Below, piece after piece: positions 6,843 to 16,883 of a stretch of 38,077 bases of DNA (positions are counted from its first letter, which is position 1; each line of letters opens with the position of its first letter). The notes under the pieces were generated by a model that saw only the letters and a list, made by a program, of their open reading frames with translations, did not search any database and was not told the DNA's origin. A program made the translations under genes and the position numbers. The DNA comes from a virus. The stretch is taken from IMG/VR virus record IMGVR_UViG_3300047469_000100, positions 1-38,077 of that record; one strand, written 5' to 3'.

Positions 6843-8477
6843 CTACATTTCGAGCGTCACTTCATGAACGCCCGTGCTTGGACGCCAATCGTGCGATGAG
6901 TCGCCGGTCGAATTCCCGACCAACTTGCCTATACGAACAGGGGTTTCAAGGATTGCGGACGCGCCCGAGTCGATGAAGTCGTCCGGCTGCGTCTTGATGA
7001 GGGGGTTGAACTGCTTCATCTGGTCCCAGACAGGGCCGTCTAGCACGTCGACGTGGGCCCAGAGAATCCCCGATCGCAGCGGCCCCTCGAGGCCGCCGAG
7101 GATCTTCTCGTTCTTGTTGACGGTCGCCGTGCGCTCGAGCACGCCACACTGAAGGCGCCGCTGACTGATGGCTTTACGCAACAGTTGCGGCGCAAATGAC
7201 CCGACGCCGTTCGTTTCAACGTAAATCTGCGGGATCGAATAGCGCTCGATCAGGTCGCATATCTGCATAACCTGGCCGCCCTCTATCTTCGCGTTGTCCT
7301 TTGAGAACACCGCGAATTCGCCGAGCATGGCTTGTGCGACGTGCCAGTAATAATTCCCGGCCGCATCGTCGAGGATCAGCGACAGCGCCGAATCGTCGCC
7401 GCCGGCCTTACCCGTCGCACAGTCCCAATATGCTCGAGCACTCACGATGCGCGCCGCCCCGAGCATCATGCGCATTTCGCGGTTCGCGCGCTCGACGACC
7501 GGCTGCACGTCGTATGGCCGCATCTTCTCCGGATCGAGACGGGACTCGGTGACGGGCTTCGAGTGCAGCTGGTACTGGCTGTCCCACTCGTTGATCGTGC
7601 GCGTCTCGCGCCGGCGCTTTTCTAGCTCGGCGTGCACGAAGCGATCCGGCCACGCGCAGCCTGCATAGAAATCGATCAGCGCGCCCGGCGGGTTCGCGAA
7701 CCAGACGCGGTTGCCTTCTTCGACGAAGTAATCGACGCCCTCTGCCAGAAGGCGTGCGGGCTTGCCAATGCCGGAAAATACGTATTCAGGATGGAACGGC
7801 ACCTGATAGCGATCATCGGTCGCGTTATCAATGCGGTGTTCGTGTTCGAACATGCGTATCGTCAGACAGTCCGCGCCAAGCCGCTCCATTTCGTCGTACA
7901 GCGAATCGTGCGTGTGCGGCGTGCCGATGTACAGCTTTCGACCGCCCGGCACCAGAATGTGTGTCTGCTCGCCAAGGCGATAGCGCAGCTTCTCGCGGGC
8001 CTCGGGCGTCTGGATGTTGCGCGGCACCTCGACGTCATCGTTCTGGCATTCGTCCGCGCGCGCGCTGGTCACGTTCGACAGGATGCCCTTGGCGTACATG
8101 CTGGCGTTTCGATGATCGGTCGCGCCAATCACCCACCATTGCTCGACGGTGCCCTGATTGGGCGGCAGCAGGCCAGTCGTCAGCGGATGCCGGCGGATAA
8201 CGTTCTGCGTGTCACGGCTGGTCTTGTACGCGGTGCCATCCGCTTCGGACTGGTGGAGTATCCGATACGCCTGATCTTCGTAATAGCACCAGGCGTTATA
8301 GACCGCGAGGATCGTCGATTTACCGAAGCCGCGAAAGCATCGCAGCACCGCGAGGTCGCCGCGGCTCTCCAGCCAGTGACACGCAATGATGTGCACATCC
8401 GGGACGGTCCACCGCATGCGGTCCGCCCAGATTAAATAGAACGCGAGGAACGATATCTTACGCCCCACCGGCCGCAC
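6843..8477 (-). CDS. terL: Terminase large subunit (T7 gp19-like)
   Basis: Walker A context LRCFRGFGKSTI, then ADECQNDDVEVP and YIGTPHTHDSLY. This is collinear with T7 gp19 (FRGIGKS...DDVEIP...YLGTPQT). Confidence 0.85.
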   Translation of the reverse strand: MRPVGRKISFLAFYLIWADRMRWTVPDVHIIACHWLESRGDLAVLRCFRGFGKSTILAVYNAWCYYEDQAYRILHQSEADGTAYKTSRDTQNVIRRHPLTTGLLPPNQGTVEQWWVIGATDHRNASMYAKGILSNVTSARADECQNDDVEVPRNIQTPEAREKLRYRLGEQTHILVPGGRKLYIGTPHTHDSLYDEMERLGADCLTIRMFEHEHRIDNATDDRYQVPFHPEYVFSGIGKPARLLAEGVDYFVEEGNRVWFANPPGALIDFYAGCAWPDRFVHAELEKRRRETRTINEWDSQYQLHSKPVTESRLDPEKMRPYDVQPVVERANREMRMMLGAARIVSARAYWDCATGKAGGDDSALSLILDDAAGNYYWHVAQAMLGEFAVFSKDNAKIEGGQVMQICDLIERYSIPQIYVETNGVGSFAPQLLRKAISQRRLQCGVLERTATVNKNEKILGGLEGPLRSGILWAHVDVLDGPVWDQMKQFNPLIKTQPDDFIDSGASAILETPVRIGKLVGNSTGDSSHDWRPSTGVHEVTLEM

Positions 8478-8820
8478 GCTTCAGGAAGCCCGCGCGCGAC
8501 GTGCCGTCCTGAACCTTTTTGACCAGATCGGCCGCCCGCTTCTCTGCGTCCTGAATTCTCCGGTCCATTTCTGGCTCGCCATACGGGTCGCGACCTAGCG
8601 CGGCCTTATCGTTGGCGATCAATTTGCGGGTTTCATGCGCGAGCATCACCGTCGCCACGGCGTTTTTCTTCTCCCAGTAGCGATCGCCGCGCTGTTCTTT
8701 CGTGAGCTGATCACCCATGGCGCCGACACCCGGCCAGTTGTCCGGGTCGGCTTCGTCGAGATAGACGTCGATCAGACGCTCCTCGAGATCCTTCAATCGC
8801 TCAATCTGATCCTCTCGCAT
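8458..8820 (-). CDS. Putative small terminase subunit (120 aa)
   Basis: It sits immediately upstream of terL, as T7 gp18 does. I chose the ATG at 8820 because it overlaps the stop of the 870-aa gene (TAATG). The upstream part of the 182-aa ORF lies inside that gene. Confidence 0.45.
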   Translation of the reverse strand: MREDQIERLKDLEERLIDVYLDEADPDNWPGVGAMGDQLTKEQRGDRYWEKKNAVATVMLAHETRKLIANDKAALGRDPYGEPEMDRRIQDAEKRAADLVKKVQDGTSRAGFLKRAAGGA

Positions 8821-11432
8821 TATTGTGCCCCCACCGCTGTTGCGAGATTCGGCGCGCGCTGCGGCGACGTCGATCCCGGCTGCCACCAGTAATCGTTGCC
8901 GAACTCCCTGTTCGACTTGTTGATGTTCCGTTGCGTCACGCCCGGCGAAACGTTCTCGGCCAGATTGTCCCAGATAAGGCGGTTCATGACCGTCTTCCAA
9001 TACCACAAATTCAGCAGCGGTAGATTGGACTTTGCGACCTTCACCATATCGGCGCCCACGTGCGTATCCTTACCTTCGGATGCGTCGGCAGCATTCTCAG
9101 CAAGCGCGTGCACGGGCTGAAAGATCGTCGAGAGTACCGGGCCACCGACCAGACTGGACAGCAGAGAGCCATAGTCATTGCTTGTCAGCGCCGCATTCAG
9201 CATGTCGCCAGCAAAGCCCGCGCCGCCGCCGGTCGTGAACGCGCGCGTCCAGAACGATGCTGCGTGTTTCAGATCACCGCCCACCGACTCGGGATCTTTG
9301 CCGGCCAACAGGTTTTTGACTTCGGTCGTGATCGCACCAATCAGCGTCGTGCTGACGATCAGCGCAGTGCCGTACGCGAGCGGGTTGGCGAGTGCTGGCG
9401 CGCCGTCGACCTTGAAATCTCCAGACCGGCGCATTTCCGACAGTCGCCCCCAGTGGCGCGTGATCATCGCGATCGGGAAGCTTTTGAACTGCATGAAGGT
9501 CTTTTGCAGCTCGCCCTTCCACGTGCCCGCATTGCCAGCCGTAATCACCTTCGTCGTCAGGTCGGGATTGAGAACCGCGAACTCGCCCTCCTCGCGGATC
9601 ATGCCGAGCAGCTTGGGCGCGATGTTCGACGCGTCGGCGTGGCCGGTTTCATAGATCGAGTCAGGCGTCAGGTATTGATTGCTGCCGTACTTACTTGGCT
9701 CTGCCTTGTTGACGACATCCCAATCCCCATTCGTGATCCCGCCGCGCGTCAGCGCGCGCCGGTCCCATTCCGTCAGATCGGCCCACGGCGTTTTCGAGAT
9801 TTCGGCGAGGCCACGCATCATGTTGGCCTGGAAGCCGGTCCGAAGCGCATCCGTCCAGCCAGTCACTCCACCGAACTTCATCGTCGCCGCCGAAAGGTTT
9901 TTAGCCCAGTCAGTCGCGAGATTGTCTTGCCCCCAGCGCGTCATGCCGTGCTCGAGGTTTTCAGCGATCAGCCCTTGCGACGACAACCACGAACGCAGAT
10001 CTTTCGAGCCCGGCGCCATCAGGCGCGCCGCCGTGCCCAGCGTGCGGAAGAATGGCACCTTGTTGTAGTTCGCTGTTACGAACATGGTGCCGACGTCGCC
10101 CAGCGCGGCGAGAAGTGTACCTTGCAGCTTGATCGCACCGACAGTCGTCCGGACAGTCTGGAAATTGCGCGCGAGCGATGGATCGATCGGCGTGTTCGTG
10201 TTTCCGTTGACGTAGTCCCAATAGGCGCCGATCGACGTCGGACCTTTTTCTAGGATGCGAACCGGCGTGCCATCGTGCTCGGCCGTGCGGTCGATCTGCG
10301 CCATGATGTTGCGCGTCGGGTTCGGGCCGTAGCGCTCGACCAGCGCGATATTCTTCGCCATGCCGGTGACGTGGTCGTTCAGTGCATTCAGTAGCGAACC
10401 CTCGCCATAGGCGCGGTTGTAATCCATGTGCGCGTCAGCGTCCACGAAGTGCAGGAAGCGATGCTCTGAATTGGCATTCGCACGCGCGCCGACCGCGCCG
10501 CGGACGGTCGTGATCTCGCGCGGCGATGTTCCGGCGATCTCATCCCAGATGCCCGGTGCGCGCTTCTTGACGTCTTTTCCCTTCGCGGCAATGTTCGCTT
10601 CCTGCCACGGCCCGCGCGCCTCACCGGTCAGCATCTGGCGAACCTCGCCGTCAGTCATCACGTCGCCGTTGTCGTTCAGATACTTCGAGCGGTCGAGCAG
10701 CGGGAGAACGAAATCTGCCCACGCGCGGCGCTGCACGTCCGAGCCATTGCCGAGCACCTTCGATTGACTGTGGCGGATTGGCACGTATCCATAGCCCACG
10801 TCGCCCACATTGCCGCCGGAAGCGTTGAAACGCTTGCGCATCGCCTCGTTTGTCTTGCTGACCTGCTCAGCCGCGGCTTTCGCCACCTCGTTTCCGGTCG
10901 ATCCATCGGCCTTCTTGTAGATCTCGCGAATGATGTCGCGCTCCATCGCCGGGTTGTCGACGTCGAACGCGCGCGCAAGGAAGTTCTGACCTTCCTTCAT
11001 GGCGTCGATCGCGCCCATCGTCTGGCGCATGTAATCGGCCTTGATCGCGCCGGACATGACATACGCCTGTTCGATGTCGTGCTTCACGGCCTTCTGCCGC
11101 GCATTCTTATCGTGGGCCTTTTCGGGCTCTGCGTAGAGTGCGTCTTCGATCCGGTTTTGCGTTTCGAGTTGCTTCGATACCTGCAGCAGCTTGCGTTGCT
11201 TGGCCAGCTCCGCTTCCTGAATCAGTTGCTTCGACGCCCATTCCGCGCCCGCAGTAACGCGCTCACCGGTCGTCATGCTGCGCCACGCATCGATGTCCCG
11301 GTTCGCAACTGATCGCATGCCAGCGCGCACGCGATCTTCGATATGGTCGAGTTCTACCTTCGTCAGAGGCTTGCGACCGGCGGAAGTGCGGACCGCCTGC
11401 ACCGCGTCGACACACTTATCATGCATTTTCAA
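8820..11432 (-). CDS. Large virion/internal protein (870 aa)
   Basis: A long ORF with high GC3, coupled by overlap to the 760-aa gene. The call rests on its position in the ejection-protein block. I recognise no catalytic motif. Confidence 0.6.
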   Translation of the reverse strand: MKMHDKCVDAVQAVRTSAGRKPLTKVELDHIEDRVRAGMRSVANRDIDAWRSMTTGERVTAGAEWASKQLIQEAELAKQRKLLQVSKQLETQNRIEDALYAEPEKAHDKNARQKAVKHDIEQAYVMSGAIKADYMRQTMGAIDAMKEGQNFLARAFDVDNPAMERDIIREIYKKADGSTGNEVAKAAAEQVSKTNEAMRKRFNASGGNVGDVGYGYVPIRHSQSKVLGNGSDVQRRAWADFVLPLLDRSKYLNDNGDVMTDGEVRQMLTGEARGPWQEANIAAKGKDVKKRAPGIWDEIAGTSPREITTVRGAVGARANANSEHRFLHFVDADAHMDYNRAYGEGSLLNALNDHVTGMAKNIALVERYGPNPTRNIMAQIDRTAEHDGTPVRILEKGPTSIGAYWDYVNGNTNTPIDPSLARNFQTVRTTVGAIKLQGTLLAALGDVGTMFVTANYNKVPFFRTLGTAARLMAPGSKDLRSWLSSQGLIAENLEHGMTRWGQDNLATDWAKNLSAATMKFGGVTGWTDALRTGFQANMMRGLAEISKTPWADLTEWDRRALTRGGITNGDWDVVNKAEPSKYGSNQYLTPDSIYETGHADASNIAPKLLGMIREEGEFAVLNPDLTTKVITAGNAGTWKGELQKTFMQFKSFPIAMITRHWGRLSEMRRSGDFKVDGAPALANPLAYGTALIVSTTLIGAITTEVKNLLAGKDPESVGGDLKHAASFWTRAFTTGGGAGFAGDMLNAALTSNDYGSLLSSLVGGPVLSTIFQPVHALAENAADASEGKDTHVGADMVKVAKSNLPLLNLWYWKTVMNRLIWDNLAENVSPGVTQRNINKSNREFGNDYWWQPGSTSPQRAPNLATAVGAQ

Positions 11433-13711
11433 ATCTCCGTTGCGATGAAGCAGTTCGCCGCAGCTTTAAACAGATTCGCATCTTCCACGGTGGCCGCGTG
11501 CTCGTTGTCGATCAATTCAAGTGCGGATGCGATTGTCCCGTTATGCTCGGGCTGCGTCGGATCAGACGAGTCCAGGTGAACCGGAATGTCCGGGTTATCC
11601 GCCGCCGCCTCTCGCACGTTGGTCTCCACAGCGCCGAGCGAATTCTTGCCTTCCGCGCCAGACGCGCCTACAATTTCATTGCCGGTCCTGAGGCTAGCTG
11701 TGTCATCCGAGGGTCTAACAGCGGGAGTGTCCGTCCTAGTCCCGCTGCCGGCACCCCTCTCGTCAAACGCTGTCAGCAGCCATTTCTTCGCTTTACCTTC
11801 CCAATCCAGCCTGACCACAGCGTGACCTGTATCGTCGACCAGACGGATACGGTTTGGGCCTGACTTCGTGTCGTCTTTGTGCAGGCGAGAAAGAAAGCCC
11901 TGCAAATCATCCATGACTTCGGGGTGTTTTTCGGCAATCTTGGCCAGCCCGTATCCCTGCCGTTGGCCTTCGGTCGGGCGCCCGTAGACCAGGTCAATAT
12001 CACCGACTTCCGGGTGGCTCAGCGCCGCCGTCGCATCGCCGGTTTTGTCGGCCATGAGTTGCTTGATAGCTCCCTGCGCATCGCCCTTGAAATTGTCATG
12101 CACCGGGCCAAATGACGAGGTTCCCGAATCAGCTGACACAGCAGGCACGTTGACAGCGTCCGACACATCACGCTCGAATGCCTGATATGTTGCACGGGTC
12201 GTCGCGTCGGCCGGAAGCGCGTCGGCGATCTGCGGGAACGATCCGCCGCTCATCTGATTCGCCGCCAGCTCGAATGCATCCTGATGCGCGGCCATGCCCG
12301 CAACGTCCGTCTCGGGCAGAATGTTTGCGTCGTCAACCATGTTCTGGCCGTGCGACACCAGCGCGGCGTCGACCTGATCGGGCGTCGCATTGAACTTCAC
12401 GCTGTTGATCTGCTGCGTGGCCGCGAACCGATCGTACTTGCGCAGATACTTGATCGTCTCCGGATCGGTCGGCGCACCGCCGGCGTGCACAGCCTCGGCC
12501 TGCTTCACACCGCCGTTGTATTCCGTCAGCGCTGCCCGCACGTCTCCGTCGTACCGCTGAAGCAGATCCTTCGAATAGGCCGCCGCGGCGTCGATCGAGT
12601 TGACCGGATCGGTAGGGTCGCCCTTGCCGAATCCCGCCCAAGTGTCGGGCGTGAACTGCATCACTCCTTTGGCGCCCTTCGGGCTCACCTGATTGCTGTT
12701 CGACTGTTCGCCCCTGTTCTTGATGAACAGCAGCATTTCGGGAGGCACGCCGGCGGCCTGCGCGGCCTGCGTCGCGTACGCGTCGAGCTGCGGCGCGTTG
12801 TACCGCAAAGCCTTGCGGGTATCGACTGGCAAGTCAGTGAGCGGCACGTCGACAGGCGCGGTATTCGGCGCGGCCGCGGCTGCATCAGTTGCCGCGCCAG
12901 CCTTTGCCGAGCGCGCCATCCCGACCGCGTGCGCGCCGGCGAACATGCCAGCAACCAGCGTTGATGCGGCAAGGCTAGTCGGGTCTAGCGGGTCAATCTG
13001 ATCGGCAAGGTGGTCATAGTTTGAGTTGCGCAGAATCGCCTTCTCGGCGACGCCCTGCGCGATGTTCATGCCGGGGCCGCCGACAGCCACAAGGCCAGCC
13101 GTTCTGGCGATCGTCGAGCCAGCGACAGGCAGCACGGCACCGACGCCACTGAGCGTACCCTCCACCGCGCCGACAGCGGTACGCGTGCCGACATCCACAC
13201 CCTGGCGCTTCAGGTCTTCCGACCGCGCCAAGCCGATCGATGCGCCGCCGGCCACCGCGCCACCAACAGGACCGAATAGCAGCGTCGACGGAACGAGTTG
13301 CGTGAGACCACTCACGGCGCCCTGCACAATCTGATCGGTCGCGGTCGTCTTCGTCGGGTCCGGCTTCAGCGTGTCGGCCAGGTCATACGCCGAGGTGCCG
13401 AGCTTAGATTCGAACAGATGCCCGGCTTGCTGTTTCGCAATGGCGTCGTTTATCTGCTTGTCGGCGTCGGCCTGCGCGTTCGGGTTCAGCGCGAGCGTGT
13501 CGGGATCAACGAAGATCTGCGATGCGCCGCTGACCGTGTCAGACAGGCCGCCGCCAAACTGCAGTGCGCCCTGACCGAAGCCGCGACCCACCGCGCGCGC
13601 GATCGAACTGATAGACGTCGACGGCGCTGTCTGCGGCGTCGGCACATTCACCTGATTCGAGCCGGCCAGATACTGGCCCGTCGATTCCGCATAGAGGTCA
13701 TCAATCGGCAT
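11429..13711 (-). CDS. Internal virion (ejection) protein with a lytic transglycosylase domain (T7 gp16-like function)
   Basis: RGEQSNSNQVSPKGAKGVMQFTPDTWAGFG...EYNGG is an SLT-type E-S...GxMQ...Y/N signature. There are Gly-rich hydrophobic stretches N-terminal to it and a separate globular C-terminal module. Confidence 0.75.
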   Translation of the reverse strand: MPIDDLYAESTGQYLAGSNQVNVPTPQTAPSTSISSIARAVGRGFGQGALQFGGGLSDTVSGASQIFVDPDTLALNPNAQADADKQINDAIAKQQAGHLFESKLGTSAYDLADTLKPDPTKTTATDQIVQGAVSGLTQLVPSTLLFGPVGGAVAGGASIGLARSEDLKRQGVDVGTRTAVGAVEGTLSGVGAVLPVAGSTIARTAGLVAVGGPGMNIAQGVAEKAILRNSNYDHLADQIDPLDPTSLAASTLVAGMFAGAHAVGMARSAKAGAATDAAAAAPNTAPVDVPLTDLPVDTRKALRYNAPQLDAYATQAAQAAGVPPEMLLFIKNRGEQSNSNQVSPKGAKGVMQFTPDTWAGFGKGDPTDPVNSIDAAAAYSKDLLQRYDGDVRAALTEYNGGVKQAEAVHAGGAPTDPETIKYLRKYDRFAATQQINSVKFNATPDQVDAALVSHGQNMVDDANILPETDVAGMAAHQDAFELAANQMSGGSFPQIADALPADATTRATYQAFERDVSDAVNVPAVSADSGTSSFGPVHDNFKGDAQGAIKQLMADKTGDATAALSHPEVGDIDLVYGRPTEGQRQGYGLAKIAEKHPEVMDDLQGFLSRLHKDDTKSGPNRIRLVDDTGHAVVRLDWEGKAKKWLLTAFDERGAGSGTRTDTPAVRPSDDTASLRTGNEIVGASGAEGKNSLGAVETNVREAAADNPDIPVHLDSSDPTQPEHNGTIASALELIDNEHAATVEDANLFKAAANCFIATEI

Positions 13712-13718
13712 ATTGGCC

Positions 13719-15875
13719 TCAGAACGGGTTATTGATCATGTCAGGCGTCGATGCGGTCGCAGCCGGAGCGGCAGATTTCGCCTTCTGCCCCAGCGAAAGG
13801 TGAACTGTTACGGGAGCGCCCGTCGAGTCCTGAACGAACTTCGAGCCGGTCGCAACCGCGTACGTACCGCGCACGCCGACGCGCACCAGTTGGTAACTCG
13901 GAAACTTCGACATGAAGTCGCTCACCGGGATCGGCTTGCCGTTGGCGTAGACGGTGTCAATCGGCTTGCCGCCAACCATGTTCTCAATGTTGGTGGCGTC
14001 AGCGCTCTTGACGCTCGACTGGAAATCGTTCTCTTTCCAGCCATACGGCATGGCGACGCGATTCGGGTTGCCGTTGTAGCGCGTGCCGCCAGTGGTTGAA
14101 ATTCCGCCCGTCGCAGCGTCGATTCCGTTCTGTATGTCAGTGCTGTTCGGCACCGTGCGGCCGTTGCGCGCGGCGCTGCCGATCGCGATGTAGTAGGCGC
14201 TTTCCTTCGCGTCCGTCGCCTGATCAGGCGGCATGGCGCCGTCGATCGCGCTCGCGATCGTCGCGTGCATACCTGTGCCGGCCATTTCGTCGACCTTGAC
14301 CGTCTTGTCGGCGATTGCCTGCTGGCCGGACAGGATGAACGCGCCGACCGGCTGGCCGGTGATCGTCGTCAGCGGCGAGCCGTTGCCGCCCGCGGCGCCC
14401 GCCTTGAGAGCGAGCGCGACAGCGGGATTCTTTTCTTTCCACTGCGCGGCCAGGTCATTGATGCGCTGGCCTTGCCCGAATGCACCGCCGATGCCGTTCA
14501 GCACCTGAGCCTGTGCGTCAACAGGAAGTGCGGTCACGGTCTTGAGCACGTTCTGCGCTTCGTCCGGCGTCAGCAAAGAAACCTGACGGCCGGCGGCTTG
14601 GTCGACGATACCGGCCGCCTTGCCGCGCGCGGCGAGCGACGCGGTCAGCGCCGGAATGCTCGATGTGTCGATCTGCGGCATAGCCTGAATCACACCGCGA
14701 TCAAGCGCGGCGTTCCACGGGTCTTTCTGGTATGCCTCGACGCTCGCGGTGTAGATCTGCTGCCGCTGCTTCACCGCTGCCGCGATCGCCGGATCTGTGC
14801 CGACACCCGGCGTATTCGCCGCCGTCTGGTCTGCCTGAATCGCCGTGCGCATCTGCGGGATCGGCAACGTAGAGAAGCCCGCGTTTTTCGCGCTGCCCGC
14901 GATCAGCTCCTGCGTCTGGCCGGCCAGCGACGTGCCGGTCGTCGCGTCGGTGAGGTGCTTGATGTATGCAGGGCTGAACTGCTTGCCCTGATTCATCAAA
15001 TCGAGGCCTTGATTGAACGCGCCGGCGGCCTGCGTCTCGCGCGCCTGCGCGGCCGCATCCGTCTGGTTCTGCATCGCGAGACTTTGCGACACCGCTGTCG
15101 ACAGGACGCGATTGCGAGCGTTGGCGTCGAGCTTGCCAGCGTAGAAGCCGTCCGGGGACGTCAGATCAGCCTGAAGCTTCTGAAGCGCCGGGAGATCACC
15201 GTTCGCTCGAGCGGCAATTACGGCACCTTCTGCGTGGGCCGCATACTGGTTGTCCGACCAGTCCTGTGCCACCTTGTCAGCAGTAGGCTTGGGGATTCCC
15301 GCTGCCGCCGCGGCGCTGAGATACGCTGATTTCGTGCTAGCGACAGTCGAATCGATCGTGGCCGGCGCGACAGCGATGCTCTTGCCAGCGGTGTCGAGCA
15401 GCGAATTGGCGTTGGTCGCGATCTGCTGCTGCGAGTTCTTCGTCAGCGCTTCCTGAGTGCCAAGCTGAACGGTGCGGTTGACGCCCTGCGACTGGATTTG
15501 TGCGACGTTCTTGTAGTGGTTGTCAGGCAGCGCGCCAATGGTCGAGTCAAACGACTGCTTCTGTGCGTCGGCGATCGCGGTCTGATAACCGGTCTGGTCC
15601 AACTCGCCGCTCTGAAGCTTCGTGCCCGCGTCGTGCATCGCCAACTGCATGTTGGTCGCGTGCTGCTGATAGGCAGTCGCGGCGGCCGTCCGCTGCAGAT
15701 CGTCATTGATCTTCGCCTGCTGGGCAGCAAGCTTGTCGCCGAACTGCTCGAGTGTCGATCCGACGCCCTGCTTTGCCTGCGCCGACAGCGCGCCGAAGTC
15801 AGCAGCGCTGGTCTGCACCTGCTGCGGCGGCTGGCTGATTACGTCGCCCTGATTTCCGAGTGGGATGCGCGCCAT
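13719..15875 (-). CDS. Internal virion protein (718 aa, Q/A-rich; T7 gp15 position)
   Basis: Size, position and composition only. Confidence 0.55.
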   Translation of the reverse strand: MARIPLGNQGDVISQPPQQVQTSAADFGALSAQAKQGVGSTLEQFGDKLAAQQAKINDDLQRTAAATAYQQHATNMQLAMHDAGTKLQSGELDQTGYQTAIADAQKQSFDSTIGALPDNHYKNVAQIQSQGVNRTVQLGTQEALTKNSQQQIATNANSLLDTAGKSIAVAPATIDSTVASTKSAYLSAAAAAGIPKPTADKVAQDWSDNQYAAHAEGAVIAARANGDLPALQKLQADLTSPDGFYAGKLDANARNRVLSTAVSQSLAMQNQTDAAAQARETQAAGAFNQGLDLMNQGKQFSPAYIKHLTDATTGTSLAGQTQELIAGSAKNAGFSTLPIPQMRTAIQADQTAANTPGVGTDPAIAAAVKQRQQIYTASVEAYQKDPWNAALDRGVIQAMPQIDTSSIPALTASLAARGKAAGIVDQAAGRQVSLLTPDEAQNVLKTVTALPVDAQAQVLNGIGGAFGQGQRINDLAAQWKEKNPAVALALKAGAAGGNGSPLTTITGQPVGAFILSGQQAIADKTVKVDEMAGTGMHATIASAIDGAMPPDQATDAKESAYYIAIGSAARNGRTVPNSTDIQNGIDAATGGISTTGGTRYNGNPNRVAMPYGWKENDFQSSVKSADATNIENMVGGKPIDTVYANGKPIPVSDFMSKFPSYQLVRVGVRGTYAVATGSKFVQDSTGAPVTVHLSLGQKAKSAAPAATASTPDMINNPF

Positions 15876-15878
15876 GGT

Positions 15879-16430
15879 TTAGCCGTAGTTCGAAGGTGTG
15901 TCGAAGCCGGAATAGCTCGACTGCAAATCAGCATTGAAGCCGCCCGAGCCCGAAGACGACGAGCCGGCCGCCGTCTTCCATCCGCTCGCGTTGCTTGCGC
16001 CGCCGAGCGCGCCGAGCGCAGACTTTGCGAGTCCCATCTTGCCGGCCTTGACGGCGTCTGCTGCGCCCTGCTGCTCATAGAAGGCCTGAAGCCGCTGGTT
16101 CGACGCTCGCGAGTCAGCATTGAGAATGGTGTTCAGCGCGTCCTGCTCGGTGTTCTGAGTAATCTTTTCCCGGACATCGACCGCGGTTCCCTGGCTCACA
16201 TCGACGCCAGAAGCGGCCATCGCGGCATTTGCCTGTCCGATGTTCGAAGCACCTTGCGTGCGAATGCGACGCGCGGCCTGATAGCCGGCTGATTGCGTCA
16301 TGTCCGCCGTCTGGTTGTCCTGATTCGCCTGCATGGTCAGTTGCTCGGCCTGCGCATCGGCCTGCTGCTTCTGGCCCTGCGCATTCACTACCGCCCCACC
16401 AGCCTGCGCAACGAGTGCTAGCCACGCCAT
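15879..16430 (-). CDS. Internal virion protein (183 aa; T7 gp14 position)
   Basis: Size, position and Q/A/G/S-rich composition only. Confidence 0.5.
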   Translation of the reverse strand: MAWLALVAQAGGAVVNAQGQKQQADAQAEQLTMQANQDNQTADMTQSAGYQAARRIRTQGASNIGQANAAMAASGVDVSQGTAVDVREKITQNTEQDALNTILNADSRASNQRLQAFYEQQGAADAVKAGKMGLAKSALGALGGASNASGWKTAAGSSSSGSGGFNADLQSSYSGFDTPSNYG

Positions 16431-16433
16431 GAG

Positions 16434-16880
16434 TTACCCCTGATTCGAAAGAGCCGTGCCGACCCGGTTCAGGCCGAGCAACCCATAAAGCGCGACCGTG
16501 CGCTCCTCGTCGATGCCGGATGTCACGCCGATATTCACGTTCACCCGCGGCCCCAGGCTGGTCGCCCATTCAACATAGGCGCGCATGAGCGAGAAGCCGG
16601 CGAATGTGCCGCGGTGTTCGGGCCAGACGAAAACGCCGTAGTCGTACGTGAGCGGCAGATCTGAGAACCAGTCCTGCGACTTGCCGCACGCCATCGCGCC
16701 GACCAGTTCGCCATTGCGCTCGTTGACGAAGATCGCGCCGGCGCCGTCGATCAGCGCCGTGAAAAGCGTGTGAACCTTCTGCTCGACGAAACCGAAAGAC
16801 GCAAAGCGGCCTTCCGCGACCAGCGCGCGCGCCATCTGCAGAAGCGCCGGCATGTCCGCATGGGTGGCGTGTCGGATCAT
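16434..16880 (-). CDS. GNAT-family N-acetyltransferase (148 aa)
   Basis: IRHATHADMPALLQMA...GELVGAMA...YGVFVWPEHRGTFAGFSLMRAYVEWA follows the GNAT beta4-alpha3 acyl-CoA-binding layout. The gene sits 3 nt from both flanking virion genes. Confidence 0.6.
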   Translation of the reverse strand: MIRHATHADMPALLQMARALVAEGRFASFGFVEQKVHTLFTALIDGAGAIFVNERNGELVGAMACGKSQDWFSDLPLTYDYGVFVWPEHRGTFAGFSLMRAYVEWATSLGPRVNVNIGVTSGIDEERTVALYGLLGLNRVGTALSNQG

Positions 16881-16883
16881 GGC

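Noticed and set aside
8821-9006. N-terminal extensions of tracked ORFs: 8458-9006, 24660-25214, 27263-27844, 20490-21458, 22575-22814, 3978-4526, 24943-25455 and 27984-28430
   Set aside because: In each case an internal start has a proper SD and/or a stop-start overlap with the upstream gene. The extension lies inside the neighbouring gene.
9060-10253. Long plus-strand ORFs antisense to the virion genes: 9060-10253 (397 aa), 14265-15329 (354 aa), 23112-24215 (367 aa), 7632-8435, 15498-16292, 19218-19961 and 10764-11312
   Set aside because: They are Arg/Ala/Gly/Pro-rich shadow ORFs typical of the antisense frames of GC3-rich genes. They have no SD sequences and sit entirely inside well-supported minus-strand genes.
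13719-15875. The 718-aa Q/A-rich protein as a tape-measure protein
   Set aside because: The gp11/gp12-like tubular proteins and the gene order indicate a short-tailed virion. The position matches T7 gp15-type internal core proteins.
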